From positions 120,039 to 184,038 of the forward strand of contig CAZVTT010000002.1 of NCBI GenBank assembly GCA_964629685.1: a stretch of 64,000 nucleotides of DNA, in the 5' to 3' direction. A program made the position numbers and the translations under genes. The notes under the pieces were generated by a model. It made no database searches, was not told the DNA's origin, and saw only the letters and a list, made by a program, of their open reading frames with translations. The number at the start of each line of letters is the position of its first letter. Within the stretch, counting starts at the first letter, position 1. The DNA is from an uncultured Gammaproteobacteria bacterium. Lineage in GTDB: Bacteria; Patescibacteriota; Microgenomatia; UBA10105; UBA927. Positions 21,585-34,471 of this stretch are shown here, one piece after another.

Positions 21585-21644
21585 GTTCCTCCTTTCGGAC
21601 GATACACTCGTCCGTACGAAAATATAATTATATTTTTTTTACCG

Positions 21645-23588
<1,944 letters not shown>

Positions 23589-23613
23589 CTACTTGAGCTC
23601 ACAAATGATCATT

Positions 23614-24318
23614 CTACACTATGAATTCTTGGTTGTCTACACTTTCATTTTGCGTCAGGAAAATACTATCCAAAACGAGCCGCGGAGTAACGTTTGCCTG
23701 CAGGTATGTATACGCCTTCAGTAATTTCTTACCGATGTCGGCAATATGAAACGGGGAAACGGTTGACTGTCTGGTTTGATGCACGCCGTATGCTGACAGC
23801 AGTGCGGAATGGATATCGTGTTGTGCCGCTTCCATCCAGGTAGTTACCTCTTGTTTCGATTGTCCTATGTTTTCGGTGGCTGCCAGTCGTTCACCAACGG
23901 AAAGCGGTAGCAGGCTCAGAATATTTGGTTCGCTTGTTACGGTTTCCGATACAGAGGTAGAGGTAGTGTCCGTAATTATCTGGCAGCGTGATAAAACCGT
24001 AGGAAGTAAAGCGGTAACCGTGGAAGTTTCCAGCACAATAATAACTCTTGGTGGTGGTTCTTCCAGCGATTTTAGGAGTGCGTTCTGTGCTTCGGGTGTT
24101 AATGTCTGTGCGGACCGAATTACCCCCAACCGAATCTGGCCGGCAGTTGGAGAGAGGCGGAGCTGGTCTATAAATGAACGGATTTCGTTTACGCCTATAC
24201 TGCTATCGGTGAGCAGCAATTCTATACTGTCGGAAATTGCCGCACCGCTAATATTAAGCACAGCGGTTAAGTTCTTTAACTCCGTCGGTGCTGTCGTAAT
24301 CAGAATGTAGGCCTGCAT
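23614..24318 (-). CDS. holB: DNA polymerase III delta-prime-like subunit (short)
   Basis: EAQNALLKSLEEPP, LLPTVLSRC. Confidence 0.8.
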   Translation of the reverse strand: MQAYILITTAPTELKNLTAVLNISGAAISDSIELLLTDSSIGVNEIRSFIDQLRLSPTAGQIRLGVIRSAQTLTPEAQNALLKSLEEPPPRVIIVLETSTVTALLPTVLSRCQIITDTTSTSVSETVTSEPNILSLLPLSVGERLAATENIGQSKQEVTTWMEAAQHDIHSALLSAYGVHQTRQSTVSPFHIADIGKKLLKAYTYLQANVTPRLVLDSIFLTQNESVDNQEFIV

Positions 24319-24404
24319 AGTTTGCCCGTCTTGCTTTCCTTGCGGTAAATATGAATAATAAGTATATCGCATCTCGTGTATGCAGTACATGAGTGTGGGT
24401 CTGT

Positions 24405-26126
24405 ATGCCTGCCACAGATCAGGAAATATTATCACTTTTAGTTGAAGACAAACGGCTCACTGCTGAACAGGCAGAGGCCGTAAGCACCGAATCACTCAAT
24501 ACGGCACTTCCGATAGAGCAAATTTTGTTGCGCAAACGTTTGGTAAATGAAAATGATTATGCCAAAGCGCGTGCGAGAAGTTTGGGAATTCCGTTCATTA
24601 CCCTGGCAGGCCGCGCTATCTCCGCTGACGCCATAAATTATATCCCTGAGCCGGTCGCCAGACGGTATACCCTTATTCCCTTCCAGTATGACGGGCCAGC
24701 GAATGAGCTTTCGGTGGCAATGCTCGATCCGTTGGATTTTCAGGTTATAGAATTTTTGGAAAAGAAATCCGGAAAGGTAATCAAAACATACATGGCTATG
24801 AGAGACGATATCATGGCCATGATCGAGGAATCGTATAAACAGAATTTGGGTGCAGATGTTACCGCTGCGCTGAAAGAAACGGCACCATCACAAATTAAAA
24901 CGTATGAAGCCGGTAAATTGGGAGAAGTTATCCGGGAAGCACCTATTGCCCAAATAGTGTCAGCAATTTTGGAACAATCTATCAGAATTAGGGCTTCGGA
25001 CGTCCATATTGAACCGCAAATAGGAGATACCCGTGTCAGGTACCGTGTTGACGGAATCCTGCAGGAACGGCTTGCATTGCCACGCGGTCTGCACGAGGCT
25101 GTCGTTTCCCGTATAAAAATTTTGTCCGATATGAAAATTGATGAAAAGCGGGTTCCCCAGGACGGCCGGTTTAATTTTAAAATGGGAGAATCCGAGGTTG
25201 ACCTGCGTGTCTCTACACTACCGACGGTTCACGGTGAAAAGGTCGTGATGCGGTTACTGAAAAAATCCGGAGGTATACCGACGTTAAATGACCTGGGATT
25301 ACGTGGTCTCGCGTTAAAGAATCTTGAACAGAGTATTACCAGGCCGCACGGTATTATTCTTGTAACCGGACCTACGGGTTCAGGAAAAACGACGACACTG
25401 TACGCATTGCTATCCAAATTAAATAACGCCCGCGTAAACATCGTGACACTGGAAGATCCTGTTGAATACGAAATTCCGGGAGTTAACCAGGTCCAGATTA
25501 ATCCACAGGCAGGATTAAATTTTGCAACCGGACTGCGTTCGTTTCTCCGTCAGGATCCCAATATTATTCTGGTAGGAGAAATCCGAGATTCGGAAACCAC
25601 TGATCTAGCTGTCCAAGCAGCATTAACCGGTCATTTAGTATTCTCTACACTTCATACGAATAATTCTGCCGGAGCTATTCCCCGGTTACTGGACTTGGGT
25701 GCTGAACCGTTCCTGGTAGCATCGGCGCTTAATACCGTTATGGCTCAACGTATAGTACGGAAAATTTGTCCGGCCTGTAAAATGGAATTTGAACCGGATG
25801 CGAAAGTAGCGGAAGATATCCGAAAGGTGTTGGGTCCCCTCCTCCCTACCGATAAACCGATTAAACTGTATAAAGGAAAAGGAACGGTGAATGATGTCCC
25901 CTGCAGTACGTGTGCCGGGACTACGTACATCGGACGGGTCGGAGTATTTGAAGTATTTCCCGTTACGAATGCGATCAGTAGACTAATATTATCACGTGCG
26001 CCGATGAAAGATATTGAAAATCAGGCGGTAGCGGAGCATATGATTGCGATGAAACAGGATGGCTATATGAAAGCGCTCGAAGGAATTACGACATTGGAAG
26101 AAGTATTGCGGGTGGCTCAGGATTAG
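24405..26126 (+). CDS. pilB: Type IV pilus assembly ATPase PilB/GspE
   Basis: ASDVHIEP, PQDGR, GPTGSGKT, LRQDP, two CxxC. Confidence 0.93.
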   Translation: MPATDQEILSLLVEDKRLTAEQAEAVSTESLNTALPIEQILLRKRLVNENDYAKARARSLGIPFITLAGRAISADAINYIPEPVARRYTLIPFQYDGPANELSVAMLDPLDFQVIEFLEKKSGKVIKTYMAMRDDIMAMIEESYKQNLGADVTAALKETAPSQIKTYEAGKLGEVIREAPIAQIVSAILEQSIRIRASDVHIEPQIGDTRVRYRVDGILQERLALPRGLHEAVVSRIKILSDMKIDEKRVPQDGRFNFKMGESEVDLRVSTLPTVHGEKVVMRLLKKSGGIPTLNDLGLRGLALKNLEQSITRPHGIILVTGPTGSGKTTTLYALLSKLNNARVNIVTLEDPVEYEIPGVNQVQINPQAGLNFATGLRSFLRQDPNIILVGEIRDSETTDLAVQAALTGHLVFSTLHTNNSAGAIPRLLDLGAEPFLVASALNTVMAQRIVRKICPACKMEFEPDAKVAEDIRKVLGPLLPTDKPIKLYKGKGTVNDVPCSTCAGTTYIGRVGVFEVFPVTNAISRLILSRAPMKDIENQAVAEHMIAMKQDGYMKALEGITTLEEVLRVAQD

Positions 26127-26146
26127 GATCGAAAGGATTATTACAT

Positions 26147-27202
26147 ATGGATATTCAACAGCTTTTTACGGAAACGGTTAGGGTTTCAGCTTCAGACCTC
26201 CATCTCCTGGTAGGTTTCCCCCCTATGCTGCGGGTAGCGGGACGATTGGGGTCAATTCCTAATCTTTCTCCTTTAACGCCCGGAGATGCCGAACAACTGA
26301 TTTTTGCTATTTTTACGCCGGAACAGAAAGATTTGTTTTTAACTAACCGGGAAATAGACTTTTCCGTGGCTGCACCTGCAGGTAGATTCCGTGCAAATGT
26401 GTACTACCAGAAAGGGACAATCGCAGCGACGTTCAGGTTGGTAAATTCAAAAATTAAAGGTATAGATGAATTGGGTTTACCGACTATATGTCATGAATTT
26501 GTAAAATTGCGGCAAGGGTTTGTATTAGTAACCGGCCCCACTGGCCATGGAAAATCTACCACGCTCGCGGCAATGATTCAGGAAATAAATCAGAATTTCG
26601 CACATCACGTAATTACTATCGAAGATCCCATCGAGTATATTTATCCGCCCGGTATGTCCATTATTTCCCAACGGGAAATGCATGCGGATACGCATTCCTG
26701 GAATGTCGCACTGCGAAGCGTGTTGCGCGAGGATCCGGATGTTGTGCTGGTTGGAGAAATGCGTGATTTTGAAACGATAGAAGCCGCGCTAACCGTAGCA
26801 GAAACGGGACATTTGGTTTTTGCTACGCTCCATACAAATTCAGCCAGTCAAACGATAGACCGTATTGTCGGTGTGTTTCCGGAAAATCAGCAGCCACAGA
26901 TACGGTTGCAACTTGCAGCAGTTCTGGAATCGGTTGTTTCCCAGAGATTGGTTCCTGCCGTGGGTGGTGGCCGGGTGGCTATTGCAGAAGTCATGACGGG
27001 TACTCCCGCGATCCGGTCAACAATCCGGGACGGACGTACGCATCTCATAGATAACATTATGCAAACGTCTGCGGAATTAGGAATGATAACGCTGGAAACG
27101 TCGCTTGCCAACGAAGTAAAAGCAGGCAGAATTAGTGCCGATACGGCAATGTCATATGCAGTTCGGCCGGATGATTTGGGTCGATTATTAAAGGGAATAT
27201 AA
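26147..27202 (+). CDS. pilT: Type IV pilus retraction ATPase
   Basis: ASDLHL, GPTGHGKST, LREDPD, AIRSTIRD (AIRNLIRE-like). Confidence 0.93.
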   Translation: MDIQQLFTETVRVSASDLHLLVGFPPMLRVAGRLGSIPNLSPLTPGDAEQLIFAIFTPEQKDLFLTNREIDFSVAAPAGRFRANVYYQKGTIAATFRLVNSKIKGIDELGLPTICHEFVKLRQGFVLVTGPTGHGKSTTLAAMIQEINQNFAHHVITIEDPIEYIYPPGMSIISQREMHADTHSWNVALRSVLREDPDVVLVGEMRDFETIEAALTVAETGHLVFATLHTNSASQTIDRIVGVFPENQQPQIRLQLAAVLESVVSQRLVPAVGGGRVAIAEVMTGTPAIRSTIRDGRTHLIDNIMQTSAELGMITLETSLANEVKAGRISADTAMSYAVRPDDLGRLLKGI

Positions 27203-27205
27203 CGT

Positions 27206-28417
27206 ATGGCTTTTTTTAATTATAAGGCACGCGACGAAACGGGACGGGTGGTCACCGGTTTGGTAGAAGCTCCTTCTGAACAGGGTGCCGCGCGGCTACT
27301 GCGTGAAAAACAGCTTTTTGTGGTCGGATTGTCGCAAACGAAGCAGCGGATGTCATTTGAAAACGTGCTGATGCGCTTTAAACGTGTGGGTTTTTCCGAT
27401 GTGGTTAATTTTACCCGTCAATTGGCTACCATGGTAACTGCTGGACTATCGTTACCGGAATCCCTCACCATACTCCGGGCTCAGACGACGAATCCTGTTT
27501 TTGCACAGGTTCTCCTGGACGTGGAACATCAGATAATAGGTGGTGGGAATTTGGCTGATTCGCTGGCTAAATTTCCCAAGGTTTTTTCCACAATTTATAT
27601 AGCGTTGGTTCGGGCTGGGGAATCTTCGGGCACGTTAGATAAAGTACTGAATCGGATGGCTGAAACGCTGGAGTCACAACGGGAATTCCGAAGTAAGGTC
27701 CGCGGCGCTATGATTTATCCGGTGATTATTCTGTTGGGTATGGTTGGAGTTATTTTCGTGATGATGACGGTCGTAATCCCTAAGCTGACGGATTTATACA
27801 AGGATTTCGGGGTGGAACTGCCGTTTACCACACAATTACTTATAACCGTCTCTCAATTTTTCGTACATTTTTGGTGGCTGATGATTGGCGTTGCCGTTTT
27901 TGGAGCCTGGGCGTTTGATAAGTGGCGCCGCACACCGGTGGGAGAACTTGCGGTAGATTCTTTAACGTTAAAAATTCCGGTACTGGGAGAGCTTACGAAA
28001 AAAGTTATTTTAGTGGATTTCACCAGAACACTGGGAATGTTGATTTCTTCAGGTATTCATATCCTTGACGGACTTAATATCCTGAAAGATTCATTGGGAA
28101 ATGTATTATTCCGAAATGCTATCGGAGATATTGCTAAAAAAGTTGAAAAAGGTTTTCCGCTTGGTACCACGTTCTCCCAATACGATGTGTTCCCCCCTAT
28201 TGTCTCCCAAATGGTTAAAGTGGGCGAAGAAACCGGAAAAATGGACGAAACACTCGTAAAGGTGTCCAAATATTTTGAAACCGAATCGGAGCATTTGGTT
28301 AAAGGACTGACGACGGCTATTGAGCCGATTATCATGGTAGTGCTTGGTGTTGGTGTTGGTTTTATCGTCGTGTCAGTGGTCACACCGATATATAACCTAA
28401 CAAACCAGATCAAATAA
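27206..28417 (+). CDS. pilC: Type IV pilus platform protein PilC/GspF
   Basis: FTRQLATM..AGL, AGESSG.L, AMIYP, VGEETG, AIEP. Confidence 0.93.
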   Translation: MAFFNYKARDETGRVVTGLVEAPSEQGAARLLREKQLFVVGLSQTKQRMSFENVLMRFKRVGFSDVVNFTRQLATMVTAGLSLPESLTILRAQTTNPVFAQVLLDVEHQIIGGGNLADSLAKFPKVFSTIYIALVRAGESSGTLDKVLNRMAETLESQREFRSKVRGAMIYPVIILLGMVGVIFVMMTVVIPKLTDLYKDFGVELPFTTQLLITVSQFFVHFWWLMIGVAVFGAWAFDKWRRTPVGELAVDSLTLKIPVLGELTKKVILVDFTRTLGMLISSGIHILDGLNILKDSLGNVLFRNAIGDIAKKVEKGFPLGTTFSQYDVFPPIVSQMVKVGEETGKMDETLVKVSKYFETESEHLVKGLTTAIEPIIMVVLGVGVGFIVVSVVTPIYNLTNQIK

Positions 28418-28480
28418 GCATTTAGTATTGACAAGTAATTTTAGCCTGTGATACACAGGTATATAAGGAGTAATTATATT

Positions 28481-28999
28481 ATGAATCAGCATACTGCCCG
28501 TACTGTGAAAGGTTTTACACTCATCGAGTTGCTTATCGTTATCGCGTTGCTCGGTGCTTTGGCTATCGGTCTGTTAGCCACTATCGATCCTTTTGAACAA
28601 TTAAAGAAGGGTCGCGATACGTCTACCCGTAACACGGTAGCAGAAATTTATAATTCCGAATTACGGTACTATGCTACCAAAGGTCAGTTTACCTGGGGAA
28701 CGGGTACTACTCTGACATCCGTCAGTATTTCCAATATAGGTTCGGATATCACCTCGTTAATCAATTCGGGTGAATTGAAGAATAGGTTTGAAGAACTGGC
28801 CGGAACCGCAAATCTAGCTAAAATTCTGGTCACTTCGACAGCACCGGAACATCTGGCGGTCTGTTTCAGACCGGAATCAAAGTCTTTCCAGGCAGATCCG
28901 GTAACACAATTCCAATCGGACGCGCAAACAGCAGCCGCAGGTACGTGTAAGTCTCAGACTTCGGTCGGCGGGACTGACTGCTATCTCTGTATTCAATAA
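28481..28999 (+). CDS. Type IV pilin (candidate major pilin)
   Basis: KG/FTLIELLIV class III signal; AAGGAG SD; TTGACA at 28428; C-terminal Cys. Confidence 0.88.
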   Translation: MNQHTARTVKGFTLIELLIVIALLGALAIGLLATIDPFEQLKKGRDTSTRNTVAEIYNSELRYYATKGQFTWGTGTTLTSVSISNIGSDITSLINSGELKNRFEELAGTANLAKILVTSTAPEHLAVCFRPESKSFQADPVTQFQSDAQTAAAGTCKSQTSVGGTDCYLCIQ

Positions 29000-29001
29000 T
29001 A

Positions 29002-31020
29002 ATGACTCGTTCAGTATTTCGAATCATCGTCGCTGCAAGTGCCGCGACGATGTTTTCGTTTATCTTGTTTCTGTGGTACCAAACGTTAGGTATTACCGGT
29101 GGTGACAGCGGTGATTTGGTCGCAGCTGCAGCGTTGTTCGGTGTCCCCCATCCTCCCGGGTATCCACTTTATACCGCGCTGGCGGGACTGCTCATTCGGA
29201 TTCCGGGAATGACCGCATCGTGGAAATCTGCATTCATGTCTTCTGTACCAAGCGCTCTGACAATCGGTTGTTTGTTTATTTTGAGTTACCAGTTAACCAA
29301 AAGGTATATTCCCGGTATATTTGCCGCGTTAATCCTTGCCGGAAATTATGTATTTTTCCTGTATAGTATTAGCCCTGAAGTTTTTGCCTTACTTAATTTT
29401 TTCCTAGTTCTTACGACCGGCTTTTTCTTATTGTGGTTGCAAACAGGCAGAAAAAGGTATTTGTATTGGTTAGCCTTCTCATTGGGTTTGGGAATGACAC
29501 ATCATCATCTTTTGCTCTTTATTCTTCCTGCTATGGTAGTCGTGGGGTGGCGTATTCGGGAGCGGCGTGAAGTTGTCCTGCACAATCTGCCCAAGTTAAT
29601 CTGCTTTGGCGTGATCGGGTTCCTTCCCTATCTCTATGTCCTATTTGCCGGTAACAGCAGCGCGATTGTGAATTGGGATCGACCGATTACCGTGAATAAT
29701 GTTATCCGTTTAATTTCGCGTTCGGATTACGGAACATTTCAGTCCGGGGCATTTTATTTGGGACAAATGGGGCAAAGAATATTGCAGGTGAAAATGTATG
29801 CGCAACTCGTACTGTTGGATATCCGATTCATTGGAGTGCTGTCTGCCCTGGTCGGTTGGTGGTGGTTAAGACGTCGGGATAAGCGGATCTGGATGTTTGT
29901 CACTATCGCAATTATTTCCTTAGGTCCATGGTTCTTTTTCTATGCGGGTTTTCCCCTCCTTAATCGTTTTACGCTGGGAACGTATGAACGGTTTCTGTTG
30001 CCTTCATATGTGTTTTTATCATGGCTGATCGGTATCGGTATGTGGCAAATTGCCGTATGGATAAGTACTCGGATAGGGACAGTTGTTCGTCTTCCAAAAC
30101 CGTGGTTAACCGCGTTAACCATGCTGGCATTGGCGATATATCCGGTTACGATGGTGTCGACAACACTTTGGCGTTTTAACGGGATGAAAACGGACTTTAC
30201 CGCAGATAGATTAGGTATGGATATACTGCAAACGGTATCTCAGAACGGAATAGTGCTACTGGGCAGAGATACGCCGCTTTTTATCGCGCAATATGTGCGG
30301 TATGCAACAAATTACCGAAGTGATGTTATCCTACTGCACGGCACGTTGTTCGAATCGGATTATTATCCGGCAGTCATCCGACATGCATATCCACAACTAC
30401 GCATTCCGGAAACGACGCCTTCACAATTTACGAAAGAATTCATTGCGCAGAATCGCGCACAACACGAAATATATTCCAATATTAAACTCTCGGTTGATCC
30501 GGATTCAGTCTGGGTTCCCCATGGTCTGTTGTACCGTTTGGAGTTGTTGGCGGAGCTTCCGAGTCTTGACGAACTTATAGCTGAAAATGACCGGGTCTGG
30601 AAAACATATGGTAATCCCCGTGCAGGAATTTTGTCCAGATATAATCATCTGATGTTATCCGACGTACTGGATGTCTATGGTGCCAGCAGGAATGAATTCG
30701 GCAATGTATTATTAAAGGCCCAGAAGTATGAGAAAGCAAAGGAATATTCTCAAGCCGGAATAGATTTAGCCGGTGATTCCCAATTACCGCAGGCCTATGT
30801 AAATTTAGGACTGGCGGAAATGGGACTGAAGAACTGTCAGGCCGCGTTTGCGGCGTTTGATACCGCTGAGCAATTTCATTTAGCTCCGCATGTCGAATTA
30901 AAAGTATATCGGGCGATTACGTATCGCGACTGTGTCGGTGATGCCGTCAAGGCGCAGGAATATTTTTCGCAGTACGATGCCGCCAGGAAAGAAACCCAAA
31001 CAAAACTACAACCCCAATAG
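29002..31020 (+). CDS. DUF2723/TMEM260-like GT-C glycosyltransferase with C-terminal TPR
   Basis: GGDSGDL...GVPHPPGYPLY, HHH motif, many TM, TPR-like tail. Confidence 0.8.
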   Translation: MTRSVFRIIVAASAATMFSFILFLWYQTLGITGGDSGDLVAAAALFGVPHPPGYPLYTALAGLLIRIPGMTASWKSAFMSSVPSALTIGCLFILSYQLTKRYIPGIFAALILAGNYVFFLYSISPEVFALLNFFLVLTTGFFLLWLQTGRKRYLYWLAFSLGLGMTHHHLLLFILPAMVVVGWRIRERREVVLHNLPKLICFGVIGFLPYLYVLFAGNSSAIVNWDRPITVNNVIRLISRSDYGTFQSGAFYLGQMGQRILQVKMYAQLVLLDIRFIGVLSALVGWWWLRRRDKRIWMFVTIAIISLGPWFFFYAGFPLLNRFTLGTYERFLLPSYVFLSWLIGIGMWQIAVWISTRIGTVVRLPKPWLTALTMLALAIYPVTMVSTTLWRFNGMKTDFTADRLGMDILQTVSQNGIVLLGRDTPLFIAQYVRYATNYRSDVILLHGTLFESDYYPAVIRHAYPQLRIPETTPSQFTKEFIAQNRAQHEIYSNIKLSVDPDSVWVPHGLLYRLELLAELPSLDELIAENDRVWKTYGNPRAGILSRYNHLMLSDVLDVYGASRNEFGNVLLKAQKYEKAKEYSQAGIDLAGDSQLPQAYVNLGLAEMGLKNCQAAFAAFDTAEQFHLAPHVELKVYRAITYRDCVGDAVKAQEYFSQYDAARKETQTKLQPQ

Positions 31021-33136
31021 CGCAATGGAGAATAAGGGAAATTAAGGCTCCGATATAAAACATTCTGGGCCGGTATGCAACCGCCACTTCATGATCTCCG
31101 GGTGGGATTATAATTCCCTGTTGGCGGATATTTGCCGGAATGATCTCAGCGTTAATTCCGTCGATTTTTGCCTCCCAACCCGGATAATACGTTTGATCTA
31201 CAATCAGCATACCTTCGCGGTAATTATTCGTAATAGTAAACTGTTTCCGCAATGGCTGATCTTGTACCTGTTCTACTAATCCGGCACTACCCGAGCCGGA
31301 AAGCGTGAGCGCTTTTTCCAGTATTACCGTTTGGCCGGGAATAAAAGCCTGAGAGGCAAACACTTCTTTTGCATCTTCTGCAGTATTTGCCAGTGCAGTT
31401 TGTGTGGCTATATACGCCCGAGGTAAAGCCGTAGGGTTTTCAAACACATCAAGTGTATACGAATCTGCGAAAGTGAGTTGTTTGGGTCCCGGAAGTAGTG
31501 TCGTTTTGATTGGTAATGCGGAAATTATGGTGCCTATGCTATAGGTATCAAGCATTTTTTTACCGGTGGCACTGATCGTTGCATCCGTGGTATTCATCCG
31601 GATTTCTTCCTGGAACAACGAATCAAGAACGGATTGTCTGTGCAAAAATCTACCTGCGTATACCGAGTTGGTCGTGATCCCCCATAACGTGGTTGAAGAT
31701 GGGTCGAGTGAGTTTCTTAGCCATCTGTATGGTTCCATAGATGTCCAACCTGTTTTGAGAAAAAACTTATTATGTAGTGAACCTATTCCCAATGAATACG
31801 TAACTTCCTGATTTTTAACGTGCATGGCAGATTCAGGGGCTGCTATCCACGCATTGGCTGACTCATACGGATGATATCCCCACCAGTACCACCACATGAG
31901 TCCCAGATTAAGGAAAAGGACAATGGCGGTTATCCAGGTAACTGCCCGAAACCGTTTAGTATATTCCAGAAAAATGTGGGCACCACCCATGCTGACAGTA
32001 ACCAGTGCAAACAAAAATACCCAGAGGAATCTTGAGGGGGCCCGGAATAAGTTAAACGGCCAGATAGAAAAAATAAAGTAAAACGGTGAATGACTTCCGA
32101 ACATTAAAAAGGCTGCCCCGATCAGAAGATACGCAACTATCCGCAGATATTTTTTTTGTTTTACTGACAGTCGTTGGCGTTCCTTCAGGAGAAATAACAA
32201 CAAGGCCAATGGTAGGTATCCGATATACGCAGTGTTTTCCCAGAATATACTGCCGTCAAATTCGTTAAAGGGAGGATACGTTCCCATTCTGGGATTACCG
32301 AACGTATATGGTGCAATCAGCGAAACCAGGTGTAAGGGCGGTAAGGAAAAGTAGGTAGACGTTTGGCCGCTAAAACCACCGGCAGCGCCCGTCTGCTGCA
32401 AAAATTCGTAGGACGGTAAGAGTTGTGCCATTGATAGTCCCAGCCCCAAAATTCCAACTAAACTGAATCGGAAAAAAGTACTCAACAAATGAAGCTTTGA
32501 GGGTGAATTATATACCGTAAAGACTGCGGCACAAAGTAAAGTAATAAATGTGGCTTGCGGAAATCCGGCGAATATCTGTTGAGATATAAATACTGCCAAA
32601 AGTATTCCCCACCATTTACTGGGATGTTCCGCGAAACGCACGGTAGTCAACAATATCCATGGCATAAGGCTAAAAGCCTGGAGCAACGTGATGTGCGGAA
32701 TCTGCACAATGGGCAGCCCTCCGAAAATAAAAAACACTCCTCCGAAAAATGCAGCCAGCGGATGGTATTTTAAATGGGACAGAAAAAAATACATTCCGGT
32801 TCCCAAAGTGATAAATACGAAAATTAATGCCAGGTTATATGCCAATACGGGGGAAAACATTTTGAACAATAACAGATTGGGAAGGAAGAAAATACCTGTT
32901 TGGCCCTCTCCCAAAAGCGGGAATCCCGTCCCCATGTACGGTGACCAGAGCGGTAACGAGTTATTCTGAAGTGCTTCACTGAGGGCATACTTAGTGGGAA
33001 AGCTAAAATTCCAGACGTCACTTCTGCCGAAATCAGGAGTAATGATTAACGATTGCGTTGGCCAAAAAAGTCTAAAAAAGAATAGTATGCTAAGGATGCT
33101 TATTCCGAAAAATGCGAGTAATGATGTGCGATTCAT
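30947..33136 (-). CDS. YfhO-like membrane protein (putative GT-C)
   Basis: PLWSPY.GTG.P, YIG, FRAPSRF, NPTALPRA, YYPGWEAKIDG...IPPGDH; start 6 nt after TACACT. Confidence 0.8.
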   Translation of the reverse strand: MNRTSLLAFFGISILSILFFFRLFWPTQSLIITPDFGRSDVWNFSFPTKYALSEALQNNSLPLWSPYMGTGFPLLGEGQTGIFFLPNLLLFKMFSPVLAYNLALIFVFITLGTGMYFFLSHLKYHPLAAFFGGVFFIFGGLPIVQIPHITLLQAFSLMPWILLTTVRFAEHPSKWWGILLAVFISQQIFAGFPQATFITLLCAAVFTVYNSPSKLHLLSTFFRFSLVGILGLGLSMAQLLPSYEFLQQTGAAGGFSGQTSTYFSLPPLHLVSLIAPYTFGNPRMGTYPPFNEFDGSIFWENTAYIGYLPLALLLFLLKERQRLSVKQKKYLRIVAYLLIGAAFLMFGSHSPFYFIFSIWPFNLFRAPSRFLWVFLFALVTVSMGGAHIFLEYTKRFRAVTWITAIVLFLNLGLMWWYWWGYHPYESANAWIAAPESAMHVKNQEVTYSLGIGSLHNKFFLKTGWTSMEPYRWLRNSLDPSSTTLWGITTNSVYAGRFLHRQSVLDSLFQEEIRMNTTDATISATGKKMLDTYSIGTIISALPIKTTLLPGPKQLTFADSYTLDVFENPTALPRAYIATQTALANTAEDAKEVFASQAFIPGQTVILEKALTLSGSGSAGLVEQVQDQPLRKQFTITNNYREGMLIVDQTYYPGWEAKIDGINAEIIPANIRQQGIIIPPGDHEVAVAYRPRMFYIGALISLILHCAIGVVVLFGFLSWRHRTAKNIPAP

Positions 33137-33226
33137 GCAGCCAGTGTACTGATCCTGAGCCATTGCCGCAAGTCAGGAGTCAAGTCAGCCCTTGATCTCT
33201 ACTGCCGGTTCATTAATACTCAGGAT

Positions 33227-33976
33227 ATGCTTGCGATGCTTTCGGGACTATTCGGGCTGTTTTTTGGCTCATTTATAAATGTGCTGATAGACAGACTGCC
33301 TCAAGGAAAAGATGTTATTGCGGGTCGTTCCGTATGTGATTATTGCGGTAAAACGCTTCGCTGGTATGAGTTAATTCCGGTTATATCGTTTTTACTTCAG
33401 GGAGCCAAATGTCGACGTTGCCACAAAAATTTGTCCTGGCAATATCCGGCTGTAGAAGTTACCACTGCTCTTATTTTTTTCTTAATCGGGCAGCGTGTAA
33501 TGGATATTCATTTACTCATCCCCCTGTTCATTGTCGCGGGTGTTTTTATTGTCGTGATGGGAGCGGATTTTAAATATCAGATTATTCCGGACAGCATGGT
33601 GGTGGCACTGACTATCGGATCGGTGTGGCTTACCGTTGCGACATCAGGTGTGTCTGTGCTACCGGCACATGCATTTGCCGGATTTGGCGCATTCCTCTTC
33701 TTTTTCCTGTTATGGTTCGGTACGAAAGGGAAAGGAATGGGGTTCGGAGACGTAAAACTTGCCTTCCCCCTGGGTCTGTTGCTCGGGTTTCCTTCTATAG
33801 TCTTTGCGGTATATGTGGCGTTTTTGACCGGGGCAACCGTAGGTATAATTTTGCTTGTAAGTAAGAACAAAACGTTAAAAAGCAGGATTGCGTTCGGACC
33901 GTTCTTGATTATTGGAGCATCACTCGTTCTGATGTTTCCCGGTATATTTACCTCTATTCTTCACGCGTTATTCTGA
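33227..33976 (+). CDS. pilD: Prepilin peptidase
   Basis: GSFINVLIDRLP, two CxxC, D.KYQIIPD, MGFGDVKL, AFGPFL. Confidence 0.93.
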   Translation: MLAMLSGLFGLFFGSFINVLIDRLPQGKDVIAGRSVCDYCGKTLRWYELIPVISFLLQGAKCRRCHKNLSWQYPAVEVTTALIFFLIGQRVMDIHLLIPLFIVAGVFIVVMGADFKYQIIPDSMVVALTIGSVWLTVATSGVSVLPAHAFAGFGAFLFFFLLWFGTKGKGMGFGDVKLAFPLGLLLGFPSIVFAVYVAFLTGATVGIILLVSKNKTLKSRIAFGPFLIIGASLVLMFPGIFTSILHALF

Positions 33977-34029
33977 TTTGCATACTACTCTTGCACCGTA
34001 GTTATGGGTATGTCATTATGAATACTAGT

Positions 34030-34467
34030 ATGGATATACAAAAAACTATTGTTAAACGATTTCGGACATATTCGCATGGATTTACCATGCTGGAATTATT
34101 AATTGTTATTGCCATAATAGGCATTTTGGTATCTATGGGTACGGTTGCCTATTCTTCAGCACAGAAAAAAGCCCGGGATAGTAAACGGATTAACGATATG
34201 AAAGCGATCCAAAGTGGACTGGAACAGTATTATTCCGATAATAATGCATATCCCGCAGCAGGTTCAAACTGTAATCCCGGAGTAGCATATCTACCGGCAG
34301 GGGTTCCGACAGATCCTAAGCCGTCGCAGTCATATGCTCCGTCAAGTTGTACAACTACATCGTACTGTTATTGTGCCACGCTAGAAGGTACATCGGGCGG
34401 TAACGCGACAAATGCTACCTGTACATTCGGAACGGGAGCGTTTTTCTGTGTAAGACAATTGCAGTAA
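34030..34467 (+). CDS. Type IV pilin-like protein
   Basis: HG/FTMLELLIV, KARDSKR, PTDP; start uncertain (34018 or 34030). Confidence 0.85.
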   Translation: MDIQKTIVKRFRTYSHGFTMLELLIVIAIIGILVSMGTVAYSSAQKKARDSKRINDMKAIQSGLEQYYSDNNAYPAAGSNCNPGVAYLPAGVPTDPKPSQSYAPSSCTTTSYCYCATLEGTSGGNATNATCTFGTGAFFCVRQLQ

Positions 34468-34471
34468 AATT

